A stretch of DNA of 64,000 bases, from the NCBI RefSeq assembly GCF_020745735.1, contig NC_083435.1, positions 13,795,201-13,859,200 of the forward strand. The letters run 5' to 3'. How positions within the stretch are numbered: position 1 is the first letter of the stretch; each line of letters starts with the position of its first letter. Both the position numbers and the translations under genes were made by a program. Below, piece after piece: positions 12,500 to 24,303 of this stretch. This DNA comes from Hemiscyllium ocellatum. Taxonomy: Eukaryota. Below the pieces are notes generated by a model. That model did not search any database, was not told where the DNA came from, and worked only from the letters and a program-made list of their open reading frames with translations.

Positions 12500-13194
12500 T
12501 AATCTGGGAACTTGTATGGCTAAATTCTTCAGCCTTCAAATAAAATTCATTAATTACTACATCTTTCATATTTGCAAAGTATGTACTTAGAACAATGTTC
12601 ATTATTGGTCTTTTGAAAGTGTCATGCTATTTACTGTCAAGTAGCACAGTGTAATCATAACCTACTAACTGACATTGTTGCAAACAGAAATAGGAAACAA
12701 AATCTATATCGATTTGTATACATTATCATACATGTGAACTCAAATGTGGGATTGCTTAAAATTGATCCAGAATTTTCTGCAAATTGAAGTTTATTTTGGG
12801 GTGTGGATAACATTAGGACATAGTGTACCTGTAAGGCATCTAATTTTCTCTGCATAGTTTTCGGTTAATGAAATGTAAATTTACAATGACTAAAACTGGG
12901 AAAATGCAAAGATAAGAGTATTTCTCCACTGCAACTAACACAATGATACTTTTTTTCTAGCACAACTCCTCTTTGGCTCCATTTTAAACGAATAATTATT
13001 CTGCCGCTTTCAGATGTTGCTGAGCATTTTCAGCATTGTTAATTTTTTTAGCAATGTGAGAACACAAAATAGTCATACTTCCCCTCAAGTCTTATATGTC
13101 ATGTCATCTGATCCCAAATTCTTTTACCTCCTTGGTTTGGTAGCACTTAACATCCTCCCTACCAAAAGAAAAAAAAAACAGCACCAATCCTTGT
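12500..13194. repeat. Local direct duplication, copy 1 (partner at 16726-17636)
   Basis: Colinear with copy 2 from aatctg..aacttg..ggctaaattcttcagccttcaaataaaattcattaattactacat to catcctccctaccaaaa...ccaatccttgt. Confidence 0.9.
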
Positions 13195-16100
13195 GGTACT
13201 CCACTGGTCACAGCCCTCCAATCTGAAAAACAACCCTCCGCCACCATCCTCTCCTTCTACCTTTGAGTCAGTTCTGTATCCAAATGGCAAGTTCCCCCTG
13301 TATTCCATGAAATCTAACCTTGCTAATCAGTCTCCCATGGGGAACCTTGCCGAACATCTTACTGAAGTCCATATAGATCACATCTACTGCTCTGCCCTCA
13401 TCAACCCTCTTTGTTACTTCTTCAAAAAACTCAATCAAGTTTGTGAGACATGATTCCCCACACACAAGCCATGTTAACTATCCCTATTCAGTCATTGCCT
13501 TTCCAAATACATGTACATCCTGTCCCTCAGGATTCCCTCCAACAACATGCCCCCCCCCCCCCCCCCGCCACTGAGGTCCGGCTCCCAGTCTACATTTCCC
13601 TGGCTTGTCTTTACCTTCTTAAACAGTGGCACCACGTTTGCCAACCTCCAGTCTTCCAGCATCTCACCCGTGACTATTGATGGTACAAATATTTCAGCAA
13701 AAGGCCCAGCAATCACTTCTCTAGCTTCCCACAGAGTTCTCGGGTACACCTGGTCGGGTCCTGGGGATTTACCAGCTTTTAACCATTTCAAGACATCCAG
13801 CACTTCCTCCTCTGTAATCTGGAGATTATGCAAGATGTTACCATCTATTTCCCTATAGCATATATCTTCCATATCCTTTTCCACAGTAAATACTGATGCA
13901 AAATATTCATTTATTATCTCCCCCATTGTTTGCAGCTCCACACAAAGGCCGCCTTGCTGATCTTTGAGGGGCCCTATTCTCTCCCTAGTTACCTTTTTGT
14001 CCTTAATATATTTGTGAAAGCCTTTTGGATTCTCCTTAATTCTATTTGCCAAAGCTATCTCATGTCCCCTTTTTGCCCTCCTGATTTCCCTCTTAAGTAT
14101 ACCCCTACTTCCTTTATAGTCTTCTAAGGATTCACTCGATGTATCCTGTCTATACCTTACATATGCTTGCTTCTTTTTCTTAACCAAACTCTCAATTTCT
14201 TTAGTCATCCAGCATTCACTAAACCTACCAGCCTTCCCTTTCACCCTGACAGGAATATACTTTCTCTGGATTCTTGTTATCTCATTTCTGAAGGCTTCCC
14301 ATTTTCCAGCCATCCCTTTACCTGCGATCATCTGCCTCCAATCAGCTTTCGAAAGTTCTTGCCTAATACCGTCAAAATTGACTTTTCTCCAATATAGAAC
14401 TTCAACTTTTAGATCTGGTCTATCCTTTTCCATCACTATTTTAAAATGAATAGAATTATGATCTCAAAGTGCTCCCCACTGACACCTCAGTCACTTGCTC
14501 TGCCTCATTTCCCAAGAGTAGGTCAAGTTTTGCACTTCTCTGGTAGGTGTATCCACATATTGAATCAGAAAATTGTCTTGTGCAAACTTAAGAAATTCCT
14601 CTCCATCTAAACCTTTAAAACCATGGCAGTCCCAGTCGATGTTTGGAAAGATAAAATCCCCTACTGTAACTACCCTATTATTCTTACCGAGATCTCCTTA
14701 CAAGTTTGTTTCTCAATTTCCCTCTGACTATTATGGGGTCTATAATACAATCCCAATAAGATGATCATCCCTTCCTTATTTCTCAGTTCCACCCAAATAA
14801 CTTCTCTGGATGTATTTCTGGGAATATCCTCCCTCAGCATAGCTGTAATGCTATCCATTTTCAAAATGCCACTCCCCCTCCTCTCTTGCCTCCCTTTCTA
14901 TCCTTTCCGTAGTATTTGTATCCCAGAACATTAAGCTACCAGTCCTCCACATTCCTGAGCCATGTTTCTGTAATTGCTATGATATCCCAGTCCCATGTTC
15001 CTAACCATGCCCTGAGTTCATCTGCCTTCCCTGTCAGGCCCCTTGCATTGAAATAAATGCATTTTAATTTATTAGTCCTACCTTGTCCCTGCCTGCCCTG
15101 ACTGTTTGACTCACTTCTGTTCTCAACTGTACCAGTCTCAGATTTATCTCTTTCCTCACTATCTCCCTGGGTCCCACACTCCCTTCCCCCACCATACTAG
15201 TTTAAATCCTCCTGAGGAACTCTAGCAAATCTCCCAGTCAGTATATTAGTCCCCTTCCAATTTAGGTGCAATCCATCATTCTTGTACAGGTCACTTCTAC
15301 CCCAAAAGAGATTCCAATGATCCAAAAATGTGAATCCTTCTCCTCTACACCAGCTCCTCAGCCATGCATTCATCTGCTCTATCCACCTATTCCTGCCCTC
15401 ACTAGCTCGTAGCACTGGGAGTAATCCAGATAATACTGCCCTTGAGGAACTCCTTTTTAAATTTCTGCATAACTCTCTGTAATCTCCCTTCAGAGTCTCA
15501 ACCTTTTCCCTTCCTATGTCGTTGGTTCCAATATGGACAATGACCTCCTGCTGGTACCTCTCCCCTGTGAGAACATTCTGCACCCTCTCTGAGACATGCT
15601 TGATCCTGGCACCAGGGAAATAACATACCAATCTGCTTTTTCTCTGCTGGCCACAGAATCATCTGTCTCTACCTCGGACTACAGAATCCATAGCACAACT
15701 GATCTCTTGGAAGCTGACATGCCCCTCGATCCATTAGAGCCAGTCTCAATACCAGAAGCTTGGCTGTTCGTGCTACATTCCCCTGAGAATCCATCACCCC
15801 CTACATTTTCCAAAACAGCATACCTGTTTGAAATGGGTTTATCCACAAAAGACTCCTGCCCTAGTTGCCTACCTCTCTTACCCTTCCTGGAGTTAACCGA
15901 TCTATGTGACTGTATCTGAGACTTTCCCCCTTCCTTTAACTGCAATCCATCACATACTGTTGCTGTTGCAAATTCATCATCCCTTCTAACTGTCTCTCCA
16001 ACCGATCCATTCAATCTGATAAGATTTGCTTCCAACAGATATAATCCACAGTAACCCTTAAACTCTCTTCAAACTCCCACATTTGGCAAGAAGATTATAT

Positions 16101-16700
16101 CATTGCCAAGGCCATTTTTGCTCCTTCACAATCTACAGACCCAGAAAATAACACCGTCTTATTCCTCTGCAAAACACTGCACCAGGTTAAATTAATAGTT
16201 ATGCTTATATTTTAAGTTTAGTCAAGAGATTTATCTCCAAATACATATAATCAAGAAAGAACCCACTGTACTCACTACTGCAGCATTTCTATTGGACACA
16301 CTTAAAACAACAATTAACTTATCTGATTCTTTGTTGTGAACTTTGCCCAAACAGTTTTCTCCAAGATTAGTTGTGAAATTCACTGTTTGTTAATTTTCCT
16401 AGATGCACTCCGATGTCCAGCGATACATGAATTCAAAAACAGCAAAGGCAGTAACTGTGCAGGATCTCTCCCTCTCTCCTGCACTATCCTCACCATGTGC
16501 TTCCTTTGTCTGCTCTTCTCTCTTCTAAAACTGCTGTTGTTTTGACTTTTTTGACAAAGTTCCAAAACAATGCAACAGCATATAAAGCAGTAATTGCTGC
16601 TCCTGGAATTCGAAGAAATCACCTCCAGCACCTAAAATACCTCAAAAACGGAGCAGCCAGAAATTTTTCCCGTCCTCCATCTTCAGCAGATTCTGGATAC
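13195..16700 (-). mobile_element. CR1 LINE with ORF1 (SGNH esterase) and the APE/RT N-terminal part of ORF2, 3'-truncated
   Basis: 15197..15631 (VIVHIGTND...FLDHWNLFW...DGLHLN); 14670..14864 (EVIWVELRNK...LGLYYRP); 13492..14436 (K-SPGPDQVYPR, DWRLANVVPLFKK); 13268..13465 (CLTNLIEFFEEVT...VIYMDFSK). Confidence 0.93.
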
Positions 16701-16725
16701 AATTCCTTTGTCAATAATGTGAGTA

Positions 16726-17636
16726 ATCTGATAACTTGCACGGCTAAATTCTTCAGCCTTCAAATAAAATTCATTAATTACTACATATTTCATGTTTGCA
16801 AAGTATGTAGTTAGAACAATGTTCATTACTGGATTAGTGGTGCTGGAAGAGCACAGCAGTTCAGGCAGCATCCATGGGGCAGCAAAATCGATGTTTCGGG
16901 CAAAAGCCCTTCATCAGCCTTTTCCTGATGAAGGGCTTTTGCCCAAAATTTCAATTTCGCTGCACTTTGGATGCTGCCTGAATTGTTGTACTCTTCCAGC
17001 ACCACTAATCCAGAATCTGGTTTCCAGCATCTGCAGTCATTGTTTTTACCAATGTTCATTACTGGTCTTTTGAAAATGTGATGTTATTTACTGTCAAGAA
17101 GCACATTGTAAGGATTATTTTCTTAATCATAACATACTAACTGATGTTGTCGCAAACAGAAATAGCGAACAGAATCTATATCGATATGTACACATTATGT
17201 GGGACTGCTTAAGATTGATCCTGAATGTTCTGCAAATTGACTTCTTTTGGGGGGGGGTGTGGAATTAGGACATAGTGTATCTGTGGGGCATCTAATTTTC
17301 TCTGCATAGACTTTAGTGAATGAAATGTAAATTTACAATGACTAAAAATGGGGAAATGCAAAGATAACAGTATTTCTTCACTGCATCTAACACACCAATA
17401 ATTTGTTTTCGAGTATAACCCCTCGGTGGCTTCATTTTAGAAGAATAATTATTCTGCCACTTTCAGATGCTGCTGTGCATTTTCAATATTACTATTTTTT
17501 TTCTCAATGTGGGAACACAAAATGGCCGTACTGCCCATCACGCCTGACATGTCATATCATCTGTTCCCAAATTCATTTATCTCCTTGATTTGGTAGCACT
17601 TAACATCCTCCCTACCAAAAAAAACCCAATCCTTGT
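16726..17636. repeat. Local direct duplication, copy 2, containing a hammerhead element insertion
   Basis: Aligns to 12500-13194 once 16833-17065 (insert plus one TSD copy) is removed. Confidence 0.9.
16833..17049. mobile_element. Penelope-derived inverted-arm element (family A variant)
   Basis: gggcaaaagcccttcatcag-ccttttc-ctgatgaagggcttttgccc centre; direct repeat caatgttcattactgg at 16817-16832 and 17050-17065. Confidence 0.88.
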
Positions 17637-17884
17637 TTGAGTTTATATATTCAGTCTCTTTCTGAGATATTAAAATTGAGTCTGCTCTGACAGCACTTTT
17701 GTACTGTACATTCCAGGTCATACAATTAGCTACAGTTCAACAAAAATCTCTTCATCGCATCCTCAGTCATTTGTCTGAGATTTGTGTCTTCTAGCTGCCG
17801 GCAGATGTGAGAAGTGTAACATCCTCTTGTTCATACAAGGACTGGAAAGTTTGAGCTAAAGGGAGAGGTTGAATACACTGGGCG

Positions 17885-18275
17885 ATATTTCCCTGGAGTA
17901 TGAAATGCTGAAGGATGGTCTCATAGAGGTTTATAAAGTCATGAGGGGCATGGATATGGTGAGTAGTCAACCTCTTTTTTTTCCCAGTGTAAGGGAGTCC
18001 AAAATTAGAGGGCATAGGTTTAAAGTGAGAGGAGGAAGATTTAAAAGGGCAATGTTTTCACACACAGGATGGTGAGTGTATGGAGTGAGCTGCCAGAGGA
18101 GGTGGTAGAAGCTCATACAATGACAACATTTAAAAGGCATCTGGATGGGCACATGAATAGACAGGGTTTAGAAGGATATGGCCAAATGCTGGCAATGGAA
18201 CTAGATTAATTTAGGATATCTGGTCAGCATGGATGAGTTGGGTTGAAGGGTTTGTTTCTGCCTGTATAACTCAGT
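17885..18275 (+). mobile_element. CR1 3' fragment
   Basis: ORF 17869..18075 (GLIEVYKVMRGMD...GHRFKVRG). Confidence 0.85.
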
Positions 18276-18871
18276 GATTCGATGCCCTTCCTACCGGTGA
18301 GGTCCCTATCCTTTCTTTACTGAATCAGTTGACTGAAATAGTGTATCTGGCCTGAATTTTAAAACATATATCTAGAGAAGATCAGTCAGCATTCAGATTC
18401 TGAATGGAATTCTTTTGTAAACAATGTGAGCAAATATCAAATGTGTATTAGGGTGGATGCAGTGAGGGTGTTGGGAAGAGGGGAAGGAATATAAATATAT
18501 TGATATCAACAGGGTTAAAAGGGAAACTAAGGAGAAACTTGATACATCTCAAGAGGAAGAGTGCAATATTTACAAAAATGACAGAAGTGGATCAATACGA
18601 TTGTTGGTGCCTAACTAAACTTGGAAGTTATTGTAACAGATGTAACAGCTAAACAAAGAAAAATTCCAATCCTGTAATGCTGAGAGCGTGTTCAAGAGAA
18701 AGGTTCATGTCTGAGTGAACTTAGCCTTGACAAAGTCAAGGACAGGTCGCTTACGTATCTAAGAAGGTAAAATGCTCTGAAATAGTGAGCAAGAGTGGGC
18801 CAAAGGGAGGTTTCATTCAAGTCGATTTGTAATCTGACAAGTTTCCCTCCTGCAAGTTAGAAATCAGTTAC

Positions 18872-18906
18872 CTGTTGACTTTTCGGTGATGTATGCAACA
18901 AACTGC
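18872..18906 (-). CDS. Ig-V receptor, candidate alternative cytoplasmic exon C (35 nt): (G)SLLHTSPKSQQ
   Basis: Acceptor gtgttttcatctcccacag|GC and donor CAG|gtaact; same length and phase (1 to 0) as exon B. Confidence 0.35.
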
Positions 18907-18961
18907 CTGTGGGAGATGAAAACACATGATTAACAAAATGTATTTGTCAATGGAATACGTT

Positions 18962-21385
18962 TACAATAGACAATAGACAATAGGTGCAGGAGTAGGCCAT
19001 TCTGCCCTTTGAGCCTGCACCACCATTCAATATGATCATGGCTGATCATCCTTAATCAGTATCCTGTTCCTGCCTTACCTTCATAACCCTTGATTCCACA
19101 ATCCTTGAGAGCTCTATCCAACTCTTTCTTAAATGAATCCAGAGACTGGGGCTCCACTGCCCTCTGGGGCAGAGCATTCCACACAGCCACCACTCTCTGG
19201 GTGAAGAAGTTTCTCCTCATCTCTGTCCTAAAAGGTCTACCCCATATTTTTAAGCTGTGTCCTCTGGTTCGGCACTCACCCATCAGTAGAAACATGCTTC
19301 CTGCCTCCAGTGTGTCCAATCCTTTAATAATCTTATGTCTCAATCAGATCCCCTCTCAGTCTTCTAAACTCAAGGGTATACAAGCCCAGTCACTCCAGTC
19401 TTTCAGTGTAAGGTAATCCCACCATTCCAGGAATTGACTTTGTGAACCTATGCTGCACTCCCTCAATAGCCAGAATGTCTTTCCTCAAATTTGGATACCA
19501 GAACTGCACACAGTACTCCAGGTGTGGTCTCACCGGGGTCCTGTACAGCTGCAGAAGAACCTCTTTGCTTCTATACTCAATCCCTCTTGTTATGAAGGCC
19601 AGCATGCTATTAGCCTTCTTCACTACCTGCTGTACCTGCATGCTTGCCTTCATTGACTGGTGTACAAGAACACCCAGATCTCTGTACTGCCCCTTTACCT
19701 AAATTGATTCCATTTAGGTAGTAATCTGCCTTCCTGTTCTTGCCACCAAAGTGGATAACCATACATTTATCCATATTAAACTGCATCTGCCATGCATCTG
19801 ACCACTCACCTAACCTGTCCAGGTCACCCTGTAATCTCCTAACATCCTCATCACATTTCACCCTGCCACCCAGCTTGGTATCATCAGCAAATTTGCTAAT
19901 GTTACTAATACCATCTTCTATATCATTAACATATATTGTAGAAAGATTCGGTCCCAGTACTGATTCCTGCGGTACCCCACTGGTCACTGCCTGCCATTCC
20001 GAAATGGAGTCATTTATCACTACTCTTTGTTTCCTATCAGCCAACCAACTTTCAATCCAAGTTAATACTTTGCCCCCAATACCATGTGCCCTAATTTTGC
20101 TCACTAACCTCCTATGTGGGACTTTAAAAAAAGCTTTCTGAAAGTCCAGGTACACTTCATCTACTGGATCTCCCTCGTCCATCTTCAGGGTTACATCCTC
20201 AAAACATTCCAGATGATTAGTCAAGCATGATTTCCCCTTCATAAATCCATGCTGACTCTGACCTATCCTGTTACTACTATCCAGATGTGTCGTAATTTCA
20301 TCCTTTATAATAGACTCCAGCATCTTTCCCACCACTGAGGTCAGACTAACTGGTCTATAATTTCCTGCTTTCTCTCTCCAACCTTTCTTAAAAAGTGGTA
20401 CAAAATTAGCCACCCTCCAATCCGCAGGAACTGATCCCAAATCTATCAAACTCTGGAAAATAATCACCAACGCATCCATGATTTCTCGAGCCACTCCTTC
20501 AGTACCCTGGGTTGTAGACCATCAGGTCCCGGGGACTTATCAGCCTTCAGACCTAACAGTCTCTCCAACACCAATTCCTGGCAAATATAAATTCCCTTCA
20601 GTTCAGGTCCTCCAGCCACTGTTATCTTGGAGATTTGCATGTGTCTTCCCCAGTGAACACAGATCTGAAGTACCAATTCAATTCTTCTGCCATTTCTTTG
20701 CTCCCCATAATATATTCCCCTGTTTCTATCTTCAAGGGCCCAATTTTAGTCTTAACCATTTTTTTGCCTTTCACATATCTAAAATAACTTTTACTATCCA
20801 CCTTTATATTATTGGCCAGTTTACCTTCATACCTCACTTTTTTCTCTGCGTATTTCCTTCTTAGTAATCCTCTGTTCTTTAAAAGCTTCCCAGTCCTCCA
20901 TTTTCCCACTTATCTTTGGTATGTCATACTTTTTCTCTCTTAACTTTATATGTTTCTTAACTTCCCTCATCAGCCACGGCCACCCATGCCTCCTCCTAGG
21001 ATCTTTCTTCCTTTTTGGAATGAACTGATCCTGCAACTTCTGCATTATACACCGAAATATCCGCCATTGTTCTTCCACTGTCATCCCTGCTAGGGCATTG
21101 CACCATTGAACTTTGGCCAGCTCCTCCCTCATAGCTCCATAGTTCCCTTTATTCAATAGAAATATTGCCACTTCTGATTGTACCCTCTCGCTCTCAAATT
21201 GCAGATTGAAGCCTACCTACATGTTGAAATCCCCCATAACAACTGTTGTAACATCTTTGGACAGGCCAATTTCAGCTCCTGATTTAACTTACATCCGACA
21301 TCCAGACTACTGTTTGGGGGCCTGTAGATAACTCCCAAGAGGGTCTTTTTACCCTTAGTGTTTCTCAGCTCTATCCACACTGACT
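18962..21385 (-). mobile_element. CR1 LINE ORF2 (APE C-terminal part, RT, 3' tail), frameshifted
   Basis: 19610..20494 (YRPVSLTSVVGKMLE, YLDFQKAF, SGVPQ-SVLGP, SKFADDTKLGG) and 19390..19653; (CTATTGT)n tail at 18962-18982. Confidence 0.95.
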
Positions 21386-21647
21386 CTACACCCACTCAAA
21401 TAACAATCAGTTACCTTCCCGACCGGCTTTGCGCTCTGCCTTCACTTCCGCCCAGCTCCCGCCGCTCTCTGATGCGAAAAGACCTTTGGCGTCGAGGTAA
21501 GTTCTTAAATAACAATCACTTGCCTTCCCGTTGTTACATCTCATTGCAAGTCAGAATCAGGGCCACAGAGACCGAGAGGAATGGTTCACTTACTGATCAG
21601 AGAGAAAACAGAGGACTCGCGCAGACTAAACTAGTATATGAACTCAC

Positions 21648-21666
21648 CTCTGAAGAGCAATGCAAG
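21648..21666 (-). CDS. Ig-V receptor, candidate 19-nt cytoplasmic exon: LALLFR
   Basis: Strong acceptor ctctttttatttctttgcag|CTT and donor AGAG|gtgagt; phase 0 to 1. Confidence 0.5.
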
Positions 21667-22012
21667 CTGCAAAGAAATAAAAAGAGAATCACAACCAGGT
21701 TCAATGTGAATATAGGATGAGTATTTGAATGGCAGTGTCAATGCTCGGCGTGTATACCTATAACTTCCTGTTGGAAATGTAACTCCCAATAGACATGAAC
21801 GCGTGATAGCAGCAAGATTGTTATTGTACTCCTCCTCATACATAGCTCGCTCCAATTCCATGGTTCCTCCCAATTCACAACAATAAGCATTAAACGCCAT
21901 GACAGTGATTCAAATTTATTTCACTTTTGCAGCTACTGCGTAAAATGGTCACTATCAGACCGTATCTCTCACACACGATCGGCGTTGATTGTACTTTATA
22001 CGCTGTACGCAT

Positions 22013-22110
22013 TGGCCTCTGGTGGCACAATGGTAGTATCCCTAATTCTGAGCTAGAAGACAGGCGTTCGAATCCCACTTGCTCCATTCGTGCCTTATAA
22101 CGCGTTTGAG
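22013..22110 (+). mobile_element. tRNA-derived SINE head
   Basis: ggcctctggtggcacaatggtagtatccc (A box) ... gttcgaatcccacttgctcca (B box). The acceptor stem is poor, and related copies occur at 3421 and 58180, so this is not a real tRNA. Confidence 0.6.
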
Positions 22111-22202
22111 TAGCGTGGTATGCTACTCCCACACTGATGGCTAAATATGCTATATGGCCCACTTTTAAGAGTCCTCGTTGCACCGGTGATAATGTCCCTG
22201 TT

Positions 22203-22575
22203 CAAGACCCACCTGCGCTTTTCCAAACTCGCTATACCCGTGCGACCATTTAGTGTTAGAAGATTGCTGTTCATTGTACAATCCGAGGAGCTCAAAGATT
22301 GAGGAAATTGTAGTGAAGGGTCTAAAGGCTGGGGTATATGAACAGCAGAAGAGCAACTTTTGCAACAAGAGAAATTGAATCCACCAGTACATTGATCTTG
22401 GAAATTACGGACTGGATTTCTACGCGGTCATGGGACGGTCTGGTTTCAGCATTACCGATTTCAAAAACAAAAGGTGAAAATGTGGCACGCCGGCTCAAAG
22501 CACAAGATTTCACAGCAATAACCGATTAAATGGTTTCAGCAAAAATATGGTGGCATCTTCCTGTCTGGAAAGTAA
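22203..22575 (+). pseudogene. RPL11: Processed (intronless) ribosomal protein L11/uL5 pseudogene, 5'-truncated
   Basis: Broken frames give FSK..RYT, KIAVHCTIRGA, EEIVVKGLK, YIDLGNYGLDFYAVMGRSGFSITD, KHKIS and KWFQQKYGGIFLSGK*. These are colinear with RPL11 (KIAVHCTVRGA, YGLDFYVVLGRPGFSIAD, RWFQQKYDGIILPGK*), with stops, frameshifts and no introns. Confidence 0.9.
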
Positions 22576-22621
22576 CTTCAAGAGCGCATGAAAAAGCAGT
22601 TAAATCAATTTTTGATTTGCA

Positions 22622-23110
22622 GATGACGGTGCTGGATTGGGGTGAACAACGTTTAAAAATTACACAACGTCAGGTTATAGGATAGCAGGTTTAGATTAGA
22701 TTACTCACAGTGTGGAAACAGGCCCTTCGGCCCAACAAGTCCACACCGACCCGCCGAAGTGCAACCCACTCATACCCCTACATTTACCCCTTACCTAACA
22801 CTACGGGCAATTTAGCTTGGCCAATTCACCTGACCCGCACATCTTTGGACTGTGGGAGGAAACCGGAGCACCCGGAGGAAACCCACGCAGACACGGGGAG
22901 AACGTGCAAACTCCACACAGTCTGACGGGTCTCAGAACCCGGGTCTCAGGCGCTGTGAGGCAGCAGTGCTAACCACTGTGCCACCGTGCCGCCCACGAAA
23001 GCACTAGCTTTCGGACCGCTGCTCCTTCATCAGGTGGTTGTGACCTAGCGAAAGGCAGTGCTTCCAAATAAACCTGTTGGACTATAACCTGGTGTTAGGT
23101 GATTTTAAAC
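22622..23110. mobile_element. Family B inverted-arm element with a nested HE1 SINE (22691-22994, minus)
   Basis: Left arm ...aaaaattacacaacgtcaggttatagg, then a full HE1, then cactagctttcggaccgctgctccttcatcaggtgg (hammerhead on minus, 23002-23036) and the reverse arm. Confidence 0.82.
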
Positions 23111-23322
23111 TTAAATCAATTTGTAGCAGTAAAAATAATGTTCTGAACAGATTGACCAGAAATTATCTATGCTTCTGACGATAAAGATTTTTTTTAAACT
23201 CCCCTCGGCATGTGTGTGTGTGTTACTGGCAAAGCAACGTTTATTGCCCATACCCAGTTGACTTTGGAGACGGGATAACGGTCTATCGACGTGAACCGCT
23301 CCTGTTAGATGTGATCACCTAC

Positions 23323-23360
23323 TTTTGCGGTGGTCTGGGAGGGCGTGCAGAAAGTTTCCT
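23323..23360 (-). CDS. Ig-V receptor, first cytoplasmic exon (38 nt): (E)ETFCTPSQTTAK
   Basis: Acceptor ccttgcactttccag|AG and donor AAA|gtaggt; phase 1 to 0; 102-nt intron from the TM exon. Confidence 0.65.
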
Positions 23361-23462
23361 CTGGAAAGTGCAAGGATATAACAGCAGGCGGGTATTTGAA
23401 GTTTCTGTAGGACCGGGGGTCATGCCTAGTCCAAACAATAGTAAGTGGAGTAAATGAAATAC

Positions 23463-23585
23463 CTTTATTTCGTTGCCTGAGCTTCACAGACACTGCAATG
23501 AGTGCAATGCCAAGCACCGACAGCACTGCTGCGGCCGCCCCGATATGTATGATATTGGGGGAGCATTGTTGTTCTTGTGAAGCAC
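23463..23585 (-). CDS. Ig-V receptor, stalk/transmembrane exon: (R)ASQEQQCSPNIIHIGAAAAVLSVLGIALIAVSVKLRQRNK
   Basis: Acceptor accattgcag|GT and donor AAAG|gtattt; phase 1-1. About 23 hydrophobic residues followed by a basic stop-transfer KLRQRNK. Confidence 0.85.
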
Positions 23586-23842
23586 CTGCAATGGTCATGG
23601 GAACAAAGGTTAGACAAGCGTCCTCAGCAAATGGCTGCCAATTCTTTCCGAGAACTTGCCGTTTCACGTTCAGCAATGGCGATCTCAACATTGGACTTTC
23701 TTAACGCCTTGACGCCGATTTCCTCTAACAGTCGCGGACGCACACTCAACGACAAACGCTCTCACAGCCCCTTTCTCCCAGGCTGCGTGCTCATCATCAC
23801 AAAGTCACATACACGAACTCACAGAGACACACCAGACGCATA

Positions 23843-24058
23843 GTTGAAAATCGCACAACACCGGGTTATAGTCCAACGGGTTTATTTGATAGCACTAGCT
23901 TTTGCATCGATGCTCCTTCATCAGGTAGTTGACAACCTCCTGATGAAGGAGCAGCGCTCCGAAAGCTAACGCTTCCAAATAAACGTGATTGTCTATAACC
24001 TGGTGTTGTGTGATTTTCAACTTTGTCCACCCCAGTCCAACACCATCTCCTCCAAATC
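23843..24058. mobile_element. Family B inverted-arm element in the V-TM intron
   Basis: gctccttcatcagg-tagttgacaacct-cctgatgaaggagcagcgctccgaaagcta centre with reverse-complementary arms. Confidence 0.85.
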
Positions 24059-24303
24059 ACATATACATAGACGTTGACACAGAGACGTACGCTATCATGC
24101 ATACACGCTCAAATACACACGATCCCAGAGTTAGGCAGATTCAGTTCTCCTGAGGACACTGAGGTGTATGTGCGTCTGTTTGGGAACGAATATGTGTGTG
24201 ACACACAGACACACACACACACACACACACACACATCCAGACATAGACGCACACAAATAGACAGTAACACACTCGAGCGCTCAAAGTTGTACAAAATTCT
24301 TAC

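Noticed and set aside
21758-21767. 10-nt micro-exon candidate GAAGTTATAG on minus
   Set aside because: Modest donor (gtatac), redundant in phase with the stronger 19-nt exon, and too short to support.
22013-22086. Possible tRNA gene
   Set aside because: The acceptor stem does not pair, and related copies at 3421 and 58180 continue into SINE body sequence.
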